From: Alphaproteobacteria bacterium
Lineage (GTDB): Bacteria; Pseudomonadota; Alphaproteobacteria; Bin95
Assembly: GCA_965205265.1 (NCBI GenBank)
Contig: CBDBGH010000003.1
Location: 4,864,001 to 4,928,000 of the forward strand
Length of the DNA stretch: 64,000 nt
Direction of reading: 5' to 3'
The notes beneath the pieces were generated by a model. It made no database searches. It was not told the DNA's origin and saw only the letters and a program-made list of their open reading frames with translations. The translations under genes and the position numbers were made by a program. Of the stretch, positions 12,647-23,134 are shown piece after piece. The stretch's first letter is position 1, and every line of letters starts with the position of its first letter.

Positions 12647-13345
12647 ATGAGCGAGCCGCACACCGACATGGAGGGAACCCCGGCACCCCGGGAAAACCTG
12701 AGCGCAGAGCGCGTCATTGAACTCTACAAGGAGGGACGACGCGATTTCAGCGGACTTGACCTTTCCTTCCGGTCCTTCGGCGAGGCCGTGCTGCCGGGCA
12801 TAGACCTGAGCGACACCAACCTCCAGAATTCCAGTTTCCGCGGAGCGTACCTCCGCCGGGCCGATTTCACCGAGGCATGGACGATCGGGGCGGATTTTTC
12901 GTTCGCCGACCTGCGGGAGGCCGATTTCACCGATTCCGGCGCCAACGCCCTGGACGGGGCACAATGCGAGGGGGCCCGCTTCTTCGGCTGCCATCTCTGC
13001 GATACGACGGTAGCCGGAGCCACCTTCGCCGGCGCGACTTTCCGCGGCGCCACCATCGAGGGAGTGTCCTTCGACGGACACGACCTGTCGGGTATCGACT
13101 TCTCCCGTGGCCATATCGTCAACACCCGCTTCACAAGAGCCAATCTTCACAAGGCGAAATTCCACGACACCCGGATCATCCAGTGCGGTTTCGACGATGC
13201 GGACATGGGGCTCGCCAACATGCGGGGAAGCTCGCTGGAAGACTGCGCCCTGACGCCCGGGCAGATCGATCAGCTCGCCGAAGGACCGGAGGTGGTGAGG
13301 ACCGGTCAGGACAGCCGGTTACCGGAACCGCCGCCCGAACAGTGA
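12647..13345 (+). CDS. Pentapeptide-repeat protein
   Basis: LYKEGRRDF cap; RBS AGGAGG; tail LPEPPPEQ. Confidence 0.93.
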   Translation: MSEPHTDMEGTPAPRENLSAERVIELYKEGRRDFSGLDLSFRSFGEAVLPGIDLSDTNLQNSSFRGAYLRRADFTEAWTIGADFSFADLREADFTDSGANALDGAQCEGARFFGCHLCDTTVAGATFAGATFRGATIEGVSFDGHDLSGIDFSRGHIVNTRFTRANLHKAKFHDTRIIQCGFDDADMGLANMRGSSLEDCALTPGQIDQLAEGPEVVRTGQDSRLPEPPPEQ

Positions 13346-13359
13346 CCGGAGCAAGGCGC

Positions 13360-14463
13360 ATGTCCCGCGATGAACTGCTCCGGCTCTATGCCGCCGGAGA
13401 GCGGGATTTCCGCAATGCCGACTTCTCGGGCGAAGATCTCTCGGACCTGGACCTCGGCGAAGCCCGGTTCCGGTTTGCAAAATTCCGAGGAACCACCCTT
13501 ATCAGCACAATACTTCGTCGAACCGACATAAGAGGGGCGGATTTCACCGGCGCGCTCATCGTTGGCATCGTGTTTGCGAGAGCCAATCTCGGTCAGGCGC
13601 GTTTCAACGACGCTCGAATAGCTGGCTGCGACTTCCATGGCGCCCTAATGGAACAAACAGACCTGCAAGGGGTGCGCCTCGAGAGCTGCGGGTTCCTTGG
13701 CGCCGGGATGGAACTGGTCAACATGAAAGGGGCCAACCTCGACCGCTGCGCGATCTTGGAAGAACAGCTGGCGGGTCTGACGGGCCAGCCTGACACCATC
13801 ATCCCGGATAAGGGCCTCCCGAAACGCTCTGCGTGCAGGAAGCCCCGCTTCTCTGACGTAGAACATATGGCCCGCGGCGAGCTCGCCTGCCGCTATGCGG
13901 CCGGGGAGCGCCGTTTCGAGGGTCTCGATTTCTCGGACGAGGACCTCTCGGGCCTGGACCTCAGCCATGCTTATTTCGATTTCTCGATCTTCCGCGGAAG
14001 CTCTCTCAGGAAGACGCGACTGCACCGGGCGCGTCTTGCAGACGCGGACTTGGCCGAATCCGACCTCCGGGAAGCGGACCTTTCGGAAGCAGGCATGGAA
14101 TGGGTCATGCTTGACGGTGCCGATCTCCGGCAGGCAATTCTCGATCGCACCAACCCGCGCTATGCCTCCATGGCCCGGGCGCGCTTGGCCGGGGCATCGC
14201 TGCGATATGCGGATATGACGGGGGCCCTCTGTTTCGGGGCGGATTTCACCGGCGCCGATCTCTCCCATACCTTCATCCATGAAGCGGACTTCCGCGAAAC
14301 CCACATCGCCGCCACCCTGTTCGACGGCGCCGATATCCGGAAGAGCCGTTTTCACGGCGCCGCTCCGGCAAAGGCCGGCATGCCCGGCGCCGGGGTCGAC
14401 GACGAAAGCAAGTCCACGATGAACCCGGCCGCGAGTGAGCCGGACGTCCCGGCCCCTGGGTAA
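13360..14463 (+). CDS. Pentapeptide-repeat protein with two fused modules
   Basis: Two caps (LYAAGERDF and RYAAGERRF); tail SEPDVPAPG. Confidence 0.92.
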   Translation: MSRDELLRLYAAGERDFRNADFSGEDLSDLDLGEARFRFAKFRGTTLISTILRRTDIRGADFTGALIVGIVFARANLGQARFNDARIAGCDFHGALMEQTDLQGVRLESCGFLGAGMELVNMKGANLDRCAILEEQLAGLTGQPDTIIPDKGLPKRSACRKPRFSDVEHMARGELACRYAAGERRFEGLDFSDEDLSGLDLSHAYFDFSIFRGSSLRKTRLHRARLADADLAESDLREADLSEAGMEWVMLDGADLRQAILDRTNPRYASMARARLAGASLRYADMTGALCFGADFTGADLSHTFIHEADFRETHIAATLFDGADIRKSRFHGAAPAKAGMPGAGVDDESKSTMNPAASEPDVPAPG

Positions 14464-14662
14464 CCGGGCACAGGAGAGAGCAATGACGCAAGATCCCAGG
14501 GACGACGACACGCCTTCCCTACAGCCGTCACGGGCCGCCCGGCTGCGCGCGGGGCGCAGCGGCTTTGTATCCGGTAACGACGGGGAACCTCGATTTTGCG
14601 GATTCAATCATCGGGTCAGGGAAGGCCTCCAGCACAAAGCCCTCACAGCCCGGGAGACTCGT

Positions 14663-15478
14663 ATGCCTCAAGCCGCCAGAGAGGCCCGCAAGCTGACGGC
14701 CGTCGACGTCCTGGCCCGTTACAGGAACGGGGAGCGTGACTTTTCGGAGTGTGCCCTGGCCGGCGCCGATTTCGCCGGCGCAGATCTTCGCGGCATCGAC
14801 TTCACGGAGGCAGATCTGCGCGGGGCGTCCTTCACGGGAGCCCGGCTCGACAATGCAAAGTTCAACAACGCCGCCCTGTTTCATGCCAAATTCTACGGAG
14901 CCCGGCTCGAAGGGGCGGAATTCATCTTCGCCTCGATGCATGAAGCGGACATGAGCCACGCGGAGTGTCCGCATGCGCGGTTCGACAGGGCCGACATGAC
15001 CAAGGTTCAGGCCGGACATGCCGATTTCACGGAGGCGTCCTTCCTGCGCGCCAATCTCGTGCGGGCCGCCATGAGTCAGGCGATCCTGGTGCGCGCCAAT
15101 CTCCACGGCGCGAAATTGGCGGGAGCCGACTTCTCGCAAGCAAACATGCAGGAGGCATGTATCGACAGGGCCGTCGCCAACGGCGCGGACTGCATCGGGG
15201 CCGACATGACCGGAGCCAGTCTCCGCATGGCGAACTTCGACGATTCCGGCCTGTCCGGAGTTAATCTCACCGGCGCGGACTGCAGGGACGCCTCCTTCGA
15301 CAATGCCGGCATGGAAGGGGCCATACTCGATCATGGCCTCTTCGACGGCGCCGAATTCACCTGGACGCAGATGGACGGGGTTTCCGCGAGAGGGGCCGAC
15401 CTCTCGGGCGCCGACACCAGCGACGCCACCCTGGACCTGTCGGCAACGGCCGGCACGACCGGCACGCCGGCTCCCTGA
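14663..15478 (+). CDS. Pentapeptide-repeat protein
   Basis: RYRNGERDF cap; tail GTTGTPAP. Confidence 0.93.
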   Translation: MPQAAREARKLTAVDVLARYRNGERDFSECALAGADFAGADLRGIDFTEADLRGASFTGARLDNAKFNNAALFHAKFYGARLEGAEFIFASMHEADMSHAECPHARFDRADMTKVQAGHADFTEASFLRANLVRAAMSQAILVRANLHGAKLAGADFSQANMQEACIDRAVANGADCIGADMTGASLRMANFDDSGLSGVNLTGADCRDASFDNAGMEGAILDHGLFDGAEFTWTQMDGVSARGADLSGADTSDATLDLSATAGTTGTPAP

Positions 15479-15483
15479 ACCGG

Positions 15484-16416
15484 ATGTCCAGACACGCAAC
15501 GGCACCAGGATCGCGAATGCGCCGCATCCCGCTCGTCAAGGCGTCTGAAATCCGGAAGGACCATGCTGCCGGCCGTCGCGATTTCCGGTGTATCGCGATC
15601 CATCCGGACGATACGGACCTCTCCGGCGCGGACCTGCGCGGCACCGACTTTTCGGGGGCCCTGCTGGCCAATGCAAACATGACCGACGCGAACCTCCGGA
15701 AGGCCAGGTTCACGGGTGCGGACCTGCGCGGGGCGCTGCTCATCCGCGCCAACCTGTCGCGTCATCCTCTGGACGACGCGAATTTCAGGCGGGCGGACCT
15801 GACGCGCGCGGACCTGACCGACGCCCGGTGCGCCGGGGCGGACCTCATCGGCGCCATCCTTGCCGAGGCCGACATGAAAGGGGCCAATCTCTCGAAAGCG
15901 GTCGCGTTGTGGGGGGACTTTACCGAGGCCCGGATGGACGCCATCGACTTCACGGGCGCGCGCCTGAACCACGCGCGCTTTCTCAAGGCCCTCGCTCCCA
16001 GACAACGTCCGGCGCTCTTCCGCGGGGCGGACCTCTCGGACGCCACACTTCGCGGGGCGAGTTTCGCCTGTGCCGATTTTGGCGAAACCGACTTGCGGCG
16101 CGCCGTAATGAGCTTCGGGATATTTTCCGGAGCATCCTTCCATGGAAGCAGGTTGCGCAACAGCGAACTCTCCTCGGCCAGCATGCGCGAGACCGATATG
16201 ACCGAAGCGGATCTCGCGTCGGCCGACTGCTTCGAGGCCGATTTTACGGGCTCCAAATTTGTGAACACGGGGGTTAAGGGGACGAAATTCGCTTACACGA
16301 AGCTCAGTCTGGTCGACTTCACCGGGACCGAGTTCGATCCGGCGAAAGCCTCTTCATGCGATCTTCAGGACGCCGTTTTCCCGGGACTCGCCGGCTCCGT
16401 CCCGGGTCCTGGCTGA
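15484..16416 (+). CDS. Pentapeptide-repeat protein
   Basis: HAAGRRDF cap; tail GSVPGPG. Confidence 0.93.
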   Translation: MSRHATAPGSRMRRIPLVKASEIRKDHAAGRRDFRCIAIHPDDTDLSGADLRGTDFSGALLANANMTDANLRKARFTGADLRGALLIRANLSRHPLDDANFRRADLTRADLTDARCAGADLIGAILAEADMKGANLSKAVALWGDFTEARMDAIDFTGARLNHARFLKALAPRQRPALFRGADLSDATLRGASFACADFGETDLRRAVMSFGIFSGASFHGSRLRNSELSSASMRETDMTEADLASADCFEADFTGSKFVNTGVKGTKFAYTKLSLVDFTGTEFDPAKASSCDLQDAVFPGLAGSVPGPG

Positions 16417-16443
16417 GAGAGCGGCCGTGACTGCACATTGAGA

Positions 16444-16488
16444 CAATTCGATTGACATAACAATCTGATTGCGACAATTATCCGATTG
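16444..16488. promoter_or_regulatory. Operator-like array, site C
   Basis: CAATTCGATTG-N6-CAATCTGATTG-N6-TTATCCGATTG; contains TTGACA at 16452; upstream of the C5 methyltransferase. Confidence 0.75.
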
Positions 16489-16592
16489 TATGCCGAGCGG
16501 AGCTTGCGGATGCGAAAAGGCCGTTGTCTTCTGTCACGGATCCATGAGCGGGGCGGGCCACGCAAGCGGGGCCGGGCGGAAGAGGCGCCGCA

Positions 16593-17891
16593 ATGACCCC
16601 CGGGGCAGCGCCAGGCGTAACCGAAGTCCCGCTGGGGATAGACATCCTCCAGAGGGACCTTTTCCGTCGCAATCCGGCCTTCCGGACCCTCCCGGCGGGT
16701 CGGGAGCCCTGCTTCGTGAACGCGTTTGCCGGCTGCGGCGGGCTTGCCCTGGGCCTTGTGCGTGCCGGATGGACCGGCCTGCTTGCGATAGAGGAACGGC
16801 AAGCCGCATGGGAAACCCTCTCGGCCAACCTCCTGCACCTGCACGCATTCGCCTGGCCAGCGGACATCGAATGCCGCGCCTGGTCTCTGGGCAGCCTTCT
16901 CGCGACTCATCGCGGGACGCTTGCCTCCCTTGCCGGCAACGTCGATCTCCTGGCGGGCGCTGTGCCGTGCAGTCCCGGGACCGCCCCCGAAGATCCGGCC
17001 AACCGCATCTGGCAGGATTTCCTGTCGCTTGCCGACATGCTGCGGCCCGCAGCGATACTGATCGAGAGTATGCCGGCCTTCGTGCGCTCTCCGCGCAACC
17101 GCGGCTCGGGCAGGACCGGAACGAGTTTCGCCGGCCACTTCCAGGAATCGCTTCCCGGATACGATGCGGCCGCAGCGCTGCTCGATGCGGGGGCCTTCGG
17201 CGTGCCGCAGCGCCGGCGGCGTGTCTGGGTCATCGCCACCCGGAACGACCTCGATCTGCCTGTCCAGGTCGCCGGTTTCTTCGACCGGGCCGGACGCGAT
17301 GCCTCGCTTTTCCTGCATGAACGCGGGCTTCCGCCGTCGCCGACCGCCGAGGAGGCCATCGGTGACCTGGAAACAGACGGCAATTCCGTCCCGGCCTATG
17401 GCGGGCCCCGGACGGCCTTCCAGGACGTCATGCACCGCGGATGCAACGACGAACCGGCCGACCGGCGTCTGACCCGACACAGCCATGCCGTGCAGGCGCA
17501 ATACCGGAAGGCCATTTCCCGGGCGCAACGCCCGACCGGCACCAAGAAGGCCGGGAAGGAGGGACCCGGACGCCCGACGCGAGTCCTGGAGCGGTCCCGG
17601 CCGGCGCCTCCGGTGCCGGCAAGTCCCGAAGACCTGCTTCACTACGCCGAACCGCGGACATTGACGGTCCGTGAGGCGGCCCGCCTGCAGACCTTTCCGG
17701 ACGAGTTCGCTTTCCACGGCGTTCACACGGCAAGCGGCACACGCCGCAACCGGGTGATGCCGCGCTATGCCTAGGTCGGCACAGCGACGCCGCCGCTGCT
17801 TGCGGAACAGATCGGCAGGGCCCTGTCCCGGCTCCTCCAGCATGGAGACAGGGCGCGGTCCGACATCCGCGAGCCCGCTATACATCATTGA
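16593..17891 (+). pseudogene. DNA (cytosine-5)-methyltransferase with in-frame TAG at motif X
   Basis: FAGCGG (I), AVPC (IV), GVPQRRRR (VIII), TVREAARLQTFPD (IX). TAG at 17772-17774 is followed by VGTATPPLLAEQIG up to TGA at 17891. Confidence 0.85.
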
Positions 17892-17928
17892 CCCGGGCCC
17901 GGACCAGGCGAGCGAAGAGCGGCGACGG

Positions 17929-18279
17929 ATGACGGAAAGAACCTGGCGATGTTGCCGCTGCGACGGACTGTTCCGGCGTGAGGACGTGGTGTCTGCGCCC
18001 GACGTCGCGAGGCCGTCAATCCGCCTTGGGAAATCCCCATGGATGTGCCTGGCCTGCCACGATGTCGACGCGGGTCCCGGCACGATGGCGGGTATCCGGA
18101 AGGACGGAGACACCGGCGAACCGCCGATGCCTCACCTATGGATGGACAAGACGTTCGGTCGCGGGCCTGCCCTTACCATGTGCCGGATTTGCGGCTTCCT
18201 CCAGAACGAGAACAACATCGATGCGCCGTGCCGGGGCAATCCCGGCGTGGCGTTCCGCACCGTCAGCCGGTCTTTGTAG
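17929..18279 (+). CDS. Small Cys-rich (CxxC) protein
   Basis: CCRC, CLAC and CRIC motifs. Confidence 0.55.
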   Translation: MTERTWRCCRCDGLFRREDVVSAPDVARPSIRLGKSPWMCLACHDVDAGPGTMAGIRKDGDTGEPPMPHLWMDKTFGRGPALTMCRICGFLQNENNIDAPCRGNPGVAFRTVSRSL

Positions 18280-18289
18280 GCAGCTCGTT

Positions 18290-19357
18290 TCAGGGCGCTG
18301 CGGCCGGCTCTTCCTCCCAGGCGTCGAACCGGGCGCCCGTGCAGAAGGATTGGGCGAAAGACGCCGGCCGGTCGATGCGGGCGCCGCGGAAATCGGCTCC
18401 CGTGAAGTCGGCGCCCCGAGGATGAATACGGGCAATCTCCGTCTCTCGCAGATCGGCGCCTGACATCCTTGTTGCATCCAGGCCCGTCATGACGAACCGG
18501 GCGCCGCGCGCACGGAAGTTTTCGCATTCCGCACCGGACAGGTCCGCATCCTGGAGATTCACCTTCTCCATGGAGACGCTGCGCAACACCGCCCGGACCG
18601 CCGTCGTTCCGACAAGCTTCGCCTCGTCGAGGATGACGCTGCCGAGTTCGGCTTGCCGCATGTGCGCCCCACCGAGATCGGTCAGGCGCATGTCGGCACC
18701 GACCAGCTTTGCTCTTGTGAACGTGCAGTTCGCGAAATCCGCACCCGCCGCCCGGATGCCGGTGATGCGGGCGTCGCTGAAATCGGCGAGCCCGGCTTTC
18801 GCCTGCTCGAGAACACAGTCCCCAATCAGGGCGTCGGCGAACATGACCCGCAGCAGGTCGGCCTTGGCCATCCTGCACTTCAGGAACCGGGCCCCCGCGC
18901 AATTGGCGCCGCGCATCTGCGCTTCTTCCATCTGGCAATCGCTGAATTCGGCCTGGTCCAGCCGGGCGCCCTCGAAAATGGTGCGATACAGGTCCGTGCC
19001 GACGAAACGGCAGCCGCGCAGGTCGGCATCGACGAAACTCGCGGCAGCGAGTTCCGTTTCGTGAAAGAAGGCCTTCTCGAAGACCGAGCCCGTGAACACG
19101 GCCTCGCTCATCCGGGCGCCTTCGAAACGGCAATCCTCGAAAACGCAGTCCGTGAAGTCCGAGGCGCCGAGTTCCACGTCGTTGAACGGCGTGGCCTCGA
19201 AAAGGCAGCCGTCGAAATTGGCGCCGGTCAAATCGAGTTCGACAAAACCCGACCCGGGCGGCTCCGACCGGATGTGGAGGTCCCGAAAGCTGCGGTCGCC
19301 TGCCTCATACCGGGCAAGCAAATCCCGGGGACCGATCATTTGCCGTTCCGTCGCCAT
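18290..19357 (-). CDS. Pentapeptide-repeat protein
   Basis: RYEAGDRSF cap; tail WEEEPAAAP. Confidence 0.93.
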   Translation of the reverse strand: MATERQMIGPRDLLARYEAGDRSFRDLHIRSEPPGSGFVELDLTGANFDGCLFEATPFNDVELGASDFTDCVFEDCRFEGARMSEAVFTGSVFEKAFFHETELAAASFVDADLRGCRFVGTDLYRTIFEGARLDQAEFSDCQMEEAQMRGANCAGARFLKCRMAKADLLRVMFADALIGDCVLEQAKAGLADFSDARITGIRAAGADFANCTFTRAKLVGADMRLTDLGGAHMRQAELGSVILDEAKLVGTTAVRAVLRSVSMEKVNLQDADLSGAECENFRARGARFVMTGLDATRMSGADLRETEIARIHPRGADFTGADFRGARIDRPASFAQSFCTGARFDAWEEEPAAAP

Positions 19358-19529
19358 TACAGCTTTTCCCTCCCGGATTGATACCTGCGGTTTTCTGGAA
19401 AAGCATCCTGAGGCGCGGGCCTGAAAATGCCAAGGTTTTGGCAATTTCAGACGAGGCCGACACACTGCGCAGGCGCTTCTTCCCCAACCTGCTGGTCCGG
19501 AGGGCATTGCCTTGGCTCACACACTGAGA

Positions 19530-20393
19530 ATGACGACGCGGGAGCTTCTTCAACGCTATGGCGATGGGGAACGCGGCTTTGCCGGCATAACCTTCATCCT
19601 GCCGATCGAGCTTGAGGGCGCGGATCTGCGCGGGGCGGACTTCTCCGGGGCGATTTTCGAAGACGCTCTCATGCCGGGGGCCGACCTGCGCGGCTGCAAT
19701 CTCGCTGGCGCCTCCTTCCGTAATGCCAAACTCCAAGATGTGCGATTCACGACCCTGCCGGACCATCCGGATGCGACGGTCAGGCGGGCCGATTTCACCG
19801 GCGCCGATCTCGCCGGCGCGGACTTCTCCGACACGAACCTGCGGGGGAGCTGTTTCCGCGGCTCCAACCTTCTCGATGCCCGGCTCGCCGGCATTAACCT
19901 GCGCGAAGCGGATCTCCGCGATGCGGACCTCTCGCATGCCGTGTTCGACGGGGCGGATCTATCGGACGCCGACTTCCGGGACACCGATCTGGCCGGGATC
20001 AATCTCCGGCGGTGCGAGATGCTGCGCGCCGACTTCAGCGGCGCGAGTCTCTATGATGCAGACCTCACGGACAGCAATCTGGCCGAAGCGGTCTTCGCGG
20101 ATGCAGACCTCACAGGAACCCGGCTTATCGGTTGCTTTCTGGCTCGGGCCAATTTCGAGCGAGCCCTGCTCGCCGACACCGATCTCTACGACGCCGAGTT
20201 GCAGAACGCCCGGTTCTGCAATGCCCAGGCGCAGGGCGCATCTTTCCGGCGGTCACGTCTCGCCGAGGCCGATTTCTCCGGGGCCCTGGTGAGGAACAGC
20301 GACTTCACGGACGCCGAAATCGCCGGAACCGTCAATCTCATAACCAGCGCCTCCCTGGTGAGAAGCGTCATGATGCGCCCGCCGACGGGCTGA
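19530..20393 (+). CDS. Pentapeptide-repeat protein
   Basis: RYGDGERGF cap; tail MRPPTG; alternative TTG start at 19512. Confidence 0.93.
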   Translation: MTTRELLQRYGDGERGFAGITFILPIELEGADLRGADFSGAIFEDALMPGADLRGCNLAGASFRNAKLQDVRFTTLPDHPDATVRRADFTGADLAGADFSDTNLRGSCFRGSNLLDARLAGINLREADLRDADLSHAVFDGADLSDADFRDTDLAGINLRRCEMLRADFSGASLYDADLTDSNLAEAVFADADLTGTRLIGCFLARANFERALLADTDLYDAELQNARFCNAQAQGASFRRSRLAEADFSGALVRNSDFTDAEIAGTVNLITSASLVRSVMMRPPTG

Positions 20394-21486
20394 ACCACGG
20401 GAACGACAGGGACGCCAAGTGCTCCGCGGCCTCGCGCTCCCGTTCATTCCCCCGGCTGCCCATATCCAGGAATGTGCGCAGGGCATCGGTGCAGACAATG
20501 CCCGGAGCGGGCACCGCAACATGCAGGAAGACATCGCTCCTCTCATCCGGCACCGCAACCTCGAGGGCGCCGTAGCCTTCCTGCAAGCGCACAAGCCCCG
20601 GCAGGCCATCGAGCAGCTCCAGACCCTGCCGGTCCGCATACAATGTGGCGTGCATGCCCCGCAGGAAGGGGGCAATCCACTGGGCGGCGGAATCCCGGCA
20701 ACGGACAATCCTGGGCCGCCCGGACTCCGCATTGAGAGGAATGCCGCGCAGCACGGCGGCAAGGGGTTCCCCGGGCGCCGGACTGTAGAAGGCCCTCATG
20801 CCGATTGCCGGCTCCCAGGCCACACTCCAGGCCTGCAACAGGCGGGCAGGTTCCGTAAGGACAAACCCTTCCTTCCGCCGCTCTCCCCAGGCCCGGGTTC
20901 CCAGCTCCCGACAGATCGCACTCACATGCCCGACGCTGACACCGGCCCGGTCGGCCAGCGCCACGACCCGCCAGGGGCGGCCGGGCTCCGAAAGCAATAC
21001 TCGCAGCACCATTCCGGCCCGGGCGCCGAAAAGAGACTTCAGCCTCCTCGAAGGGCTTTTCGCGGGCTGGCCGGGAACCTGTATGTCCATATGCATACCT
21101 CCGCCGGAAATATGGGCATTCCCGAGCCTGTCGATCCAGGAAATGCCCAACTCCGTGCACGCGGCCCTGGCTTTCGGCGACAGGAAGGGAGCGCAGATCA
21201 CCGGGACCGGATTGACACCACCGCCACCACCACTCGCTGCGGCGCCAACCTTGCCGAGGACGCCCATATAGCTCCGGAGCCGGTGGGCGGCCGCTTTCAC
21301 GAACCGGGGCGCGCCGTCTTCCTCGTTGCTGACGACGATCATGCAGGACTTCCCGTTCACGGTTGCCGGAATACAGCCCGAAATTCCGTAGAGAGCCAGG
21401 TCGCGGCCATCTCGGACCGCATCCCCGGTCTCGACAGCCCAGGCCTTCCCCAGGACTGCCAGAATCATCTCGACCGCGTCAGCCAT
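20368..21486 (-). CDS. AbiEi-like (type IV TA antitoxin-like) wHTH protein with no adjacent toxin
   Basis: APFLSPKARAAC...WIDRLGNAHI, VLRVLL...LADRAGVSVGHVS, TFLDM...REREAAEHL. Confidence 0.7.
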   Translation of the reverse strand: MADAVEMILAVLGKAWAVETGDAVRDGRDLALYGISGCIPATVNGKSCMIVVSNEEDGAPRFVKAAAHRLRSYMGVLGKVGAAASGGGGGVNPVPVICAPFLSPKARAACTELGISWIDRLGNAHISGGGMHMDIQVPGQPAKSPSRRLKSLFGARAGMVLRVLLSEPGRPWRVVALADRAGVSVGHVSAICRELGTRAWGERRKEGFVLTEPARLLQAWSVAWEPAIGMRAFYSPAPGEPLAAVLRGIPLNAESGRPRIVRCRDSAAQWIAPFLRGMHATLYADRQGLELLDGLPGLVRLQEGYGALEVAVPDERSDVFLHVAVPAPGIVCTDALRTFLDMGSRGNEREREAAEHLASLSFPWFSPSAGAS

Positions 21487-21551
21487 CGCGGGGTCGTCCC
21501 GATATAGAGTGCAGTATTGCGGGCAGCTCCCGCATTCCGGCCCATATATCA

Positions 21552-21605
21552 TAATCCGATTGCCAACGCAATCTGATTGCGTGAGCGCATCGAGTGCGCT
21601 ATACT
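21552..21605 (+). promoter_or_regulatory. Operator-like site D with sigma70-type promoter
   Basis: TAATCCGATTG-N6-CAATCTGATTG; TTGCGT (21577)-N17-TATACT (21600). Confidence 0.75.
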
Positions 21606-21656
21606 ATCCGGCATGCCCTTCGGAAGCACGCTGGAACCCTTGCCGGGAGAAGATGG

Positions 21657-22064
21657 ATGTCTGTCCCAACCGCCTTTCTGGCGGGCCTGACACTGGCGGC
21701 GTGCGCGGCTGCCGCCGCCGCCTGGTATATCACCTGCCGTTCCGGGCGCGGCCGCCTTCTTTCGACTCTCGCCAAGACAGGACTGGTCTGCGCAGGCATC
21801 TCAATTGTTGTCTGTCTGGGATTCGGAGCAGGCGAACGGGAGATGCTCCCGGCTGTCGGCAGTATAGCCAACATCGTCGGGTTTGCGCTCGTCCCGATCT
21901 GCTGTGCGGCTGCGGTGCGGACATTCGGTAAACTCCGCCGCACCACCATTGCCGCGGAACGCGAGGCTTGCCAGCGCGACCTGGCCATGACAGCGGTCGC
22001 GGCGCCCCTCTGCACCCTGGTGCTCGCAGGCCAGCTTGTGTTCCGGATCGAGTTTCTTTCTTAA
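21657..22064 (+). CDS. Membrane protein (about 4 TM)
   Basis: Hydrophobic segments; GGAGA RBS. Confidence 0.65.
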   Translation: MSVPTAFLAGLTLAACAAAAAAWYITCRSGRGRLLSTLAKTGLVCAGISIVVCLGFGAGEREMLPAVGSIANIVGFALVPICCAAAVRTFGKLRRTTIAAEREACQRDLAMTAVAAPLCTLVLAGQLVFRIEFLS

Positions 22065-22085
22065 GCGCCGTCGGGAGCAGCCGTC

Positions 22086-22379
22086 ATGCACACCGAACAT
22101 GCGGGCGTGAGCGCCCCTATCCATGCGTGGAACCATGGAGTTGAGATCGATGCGGGGTCTTTCCGTCAGGCCCGTAATCTCTCGGCCCTGCCGTTCATCC
22201 ACCACCATGTGGCGCTCATGCCGGATTCGCATCCTGCGATCAGCTCAACGGTCGGGTCCGCAATCCCGACCCCGGGCGCCGTGATTCCGGCAGCCGTCGG
22301 TGTCGATATCGAATGCGGGACAGTGGCCGTGCGCCTGGACGGCGTCGGCGCCGGGGTAACACGAAGCCCGGCAGGCTGA
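22086..22379 (+). pseudogene. rtcB: N-terminal fragment of RtcB RNA ligase
   Basis: LPFIHHHVALMPDSH...TVGSAIPT..AVIPAAVGVDIECG; only 97 aa and degenerate. Confidence 0.8.
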
Positions 22380-22402
22380 CCGGAGGGAAAAGGAGAGCAT
22401 CC

Positions 22403-23041
22403 ATGGCCTACAGTTCATACGGAGGCTATGCCTTCCGCAATGGGGAACGCTGCGTTGAGCGCAGCGATGCCGTCATTACCGACCGGGCGGAGACCGTGCC
22501 GGGCATGTGGCCCGGCTTCGCCTTCGCGGCCCAGGGCCTCTCCCCGGAAGAAGCCCACAAGGAGATATGGAAGCAGAAAAACCCGCACGGCCATGTCGTG
22601 CTCGGCGACGGCCCGCTCCATGTCGGCCTCTACAAGCAGAGCGACGTCTGGGCATGGTTCGACGGCAAGCAACTCGACCTGCTGAAGCACGGGATCGACC
22701 TGCCCGAAGAGATTATCAGGACCGAGTGGTGGAGCGGTGCGCCCTGCGAGCCGCATATCGACCCGACCGACTGGGCCGAGCGCGGAGGCTTCGAGCCCGT
22801 CCGGTTCGACTTCCCCGACGGCAGCCGACTCGATGTCGTGTGGACCGTGCAGGACAACCACTATGTCTATGCCCGTCTTGAGCACCCGGATGGCACGGTC
22901 TGGGCGGGCTGGTCGGGATATGGCGTGGGCGCCGGCCTGGAGGACTGCGGATGGGGATTCTCCACGGAGGAACGCAACCAAGGGCTCGTGCGGATCTGGC
23001 CGGACGCCATCAAGGAGCCGGTGCCAGAACCGGGCCCCTGA
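22403..23041 (+). CDS. Hypothetical protein
   Basis: AGGAG RBS, GC3-rich codons; tail KEPVPEPGP. Confidence 0.8.
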   Translation: MAYSSYGGYAFRNGERCVERSDAVITDRAETVPGMWPGFAFAAQGLSPEEAHKEIWKQKNPHGHVVLGDGPLHVGLYKQSDVWAWFDGKQLDLLKHGIDLPEEIIRTEWWSGAPCEPHIDPTDWAERGGFEPVRFDFPDGSRLDVVWTVQDNHYVYARLEHPDGTVWAGWSGYGVGAGLEDCGWGFSTEERNQGLVRIWPDAIKEPVPEPGP

Positions 23042-23134
23042 CACCACATCCAGCCAATCGCGCCGGCCCGGGACTTGGACTTTTCACGGTGGCGGAGCAT
23101 CGTCTCTTGCACCCGTTCCCGCAGGAGAGCTTTC

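Noticed and set aside
22086-22379. Functional RtcB RNA-repair system
   Set aside because: Only a 97-aa degenerate N-terminal fragment with no continuation; treated as a remnant.
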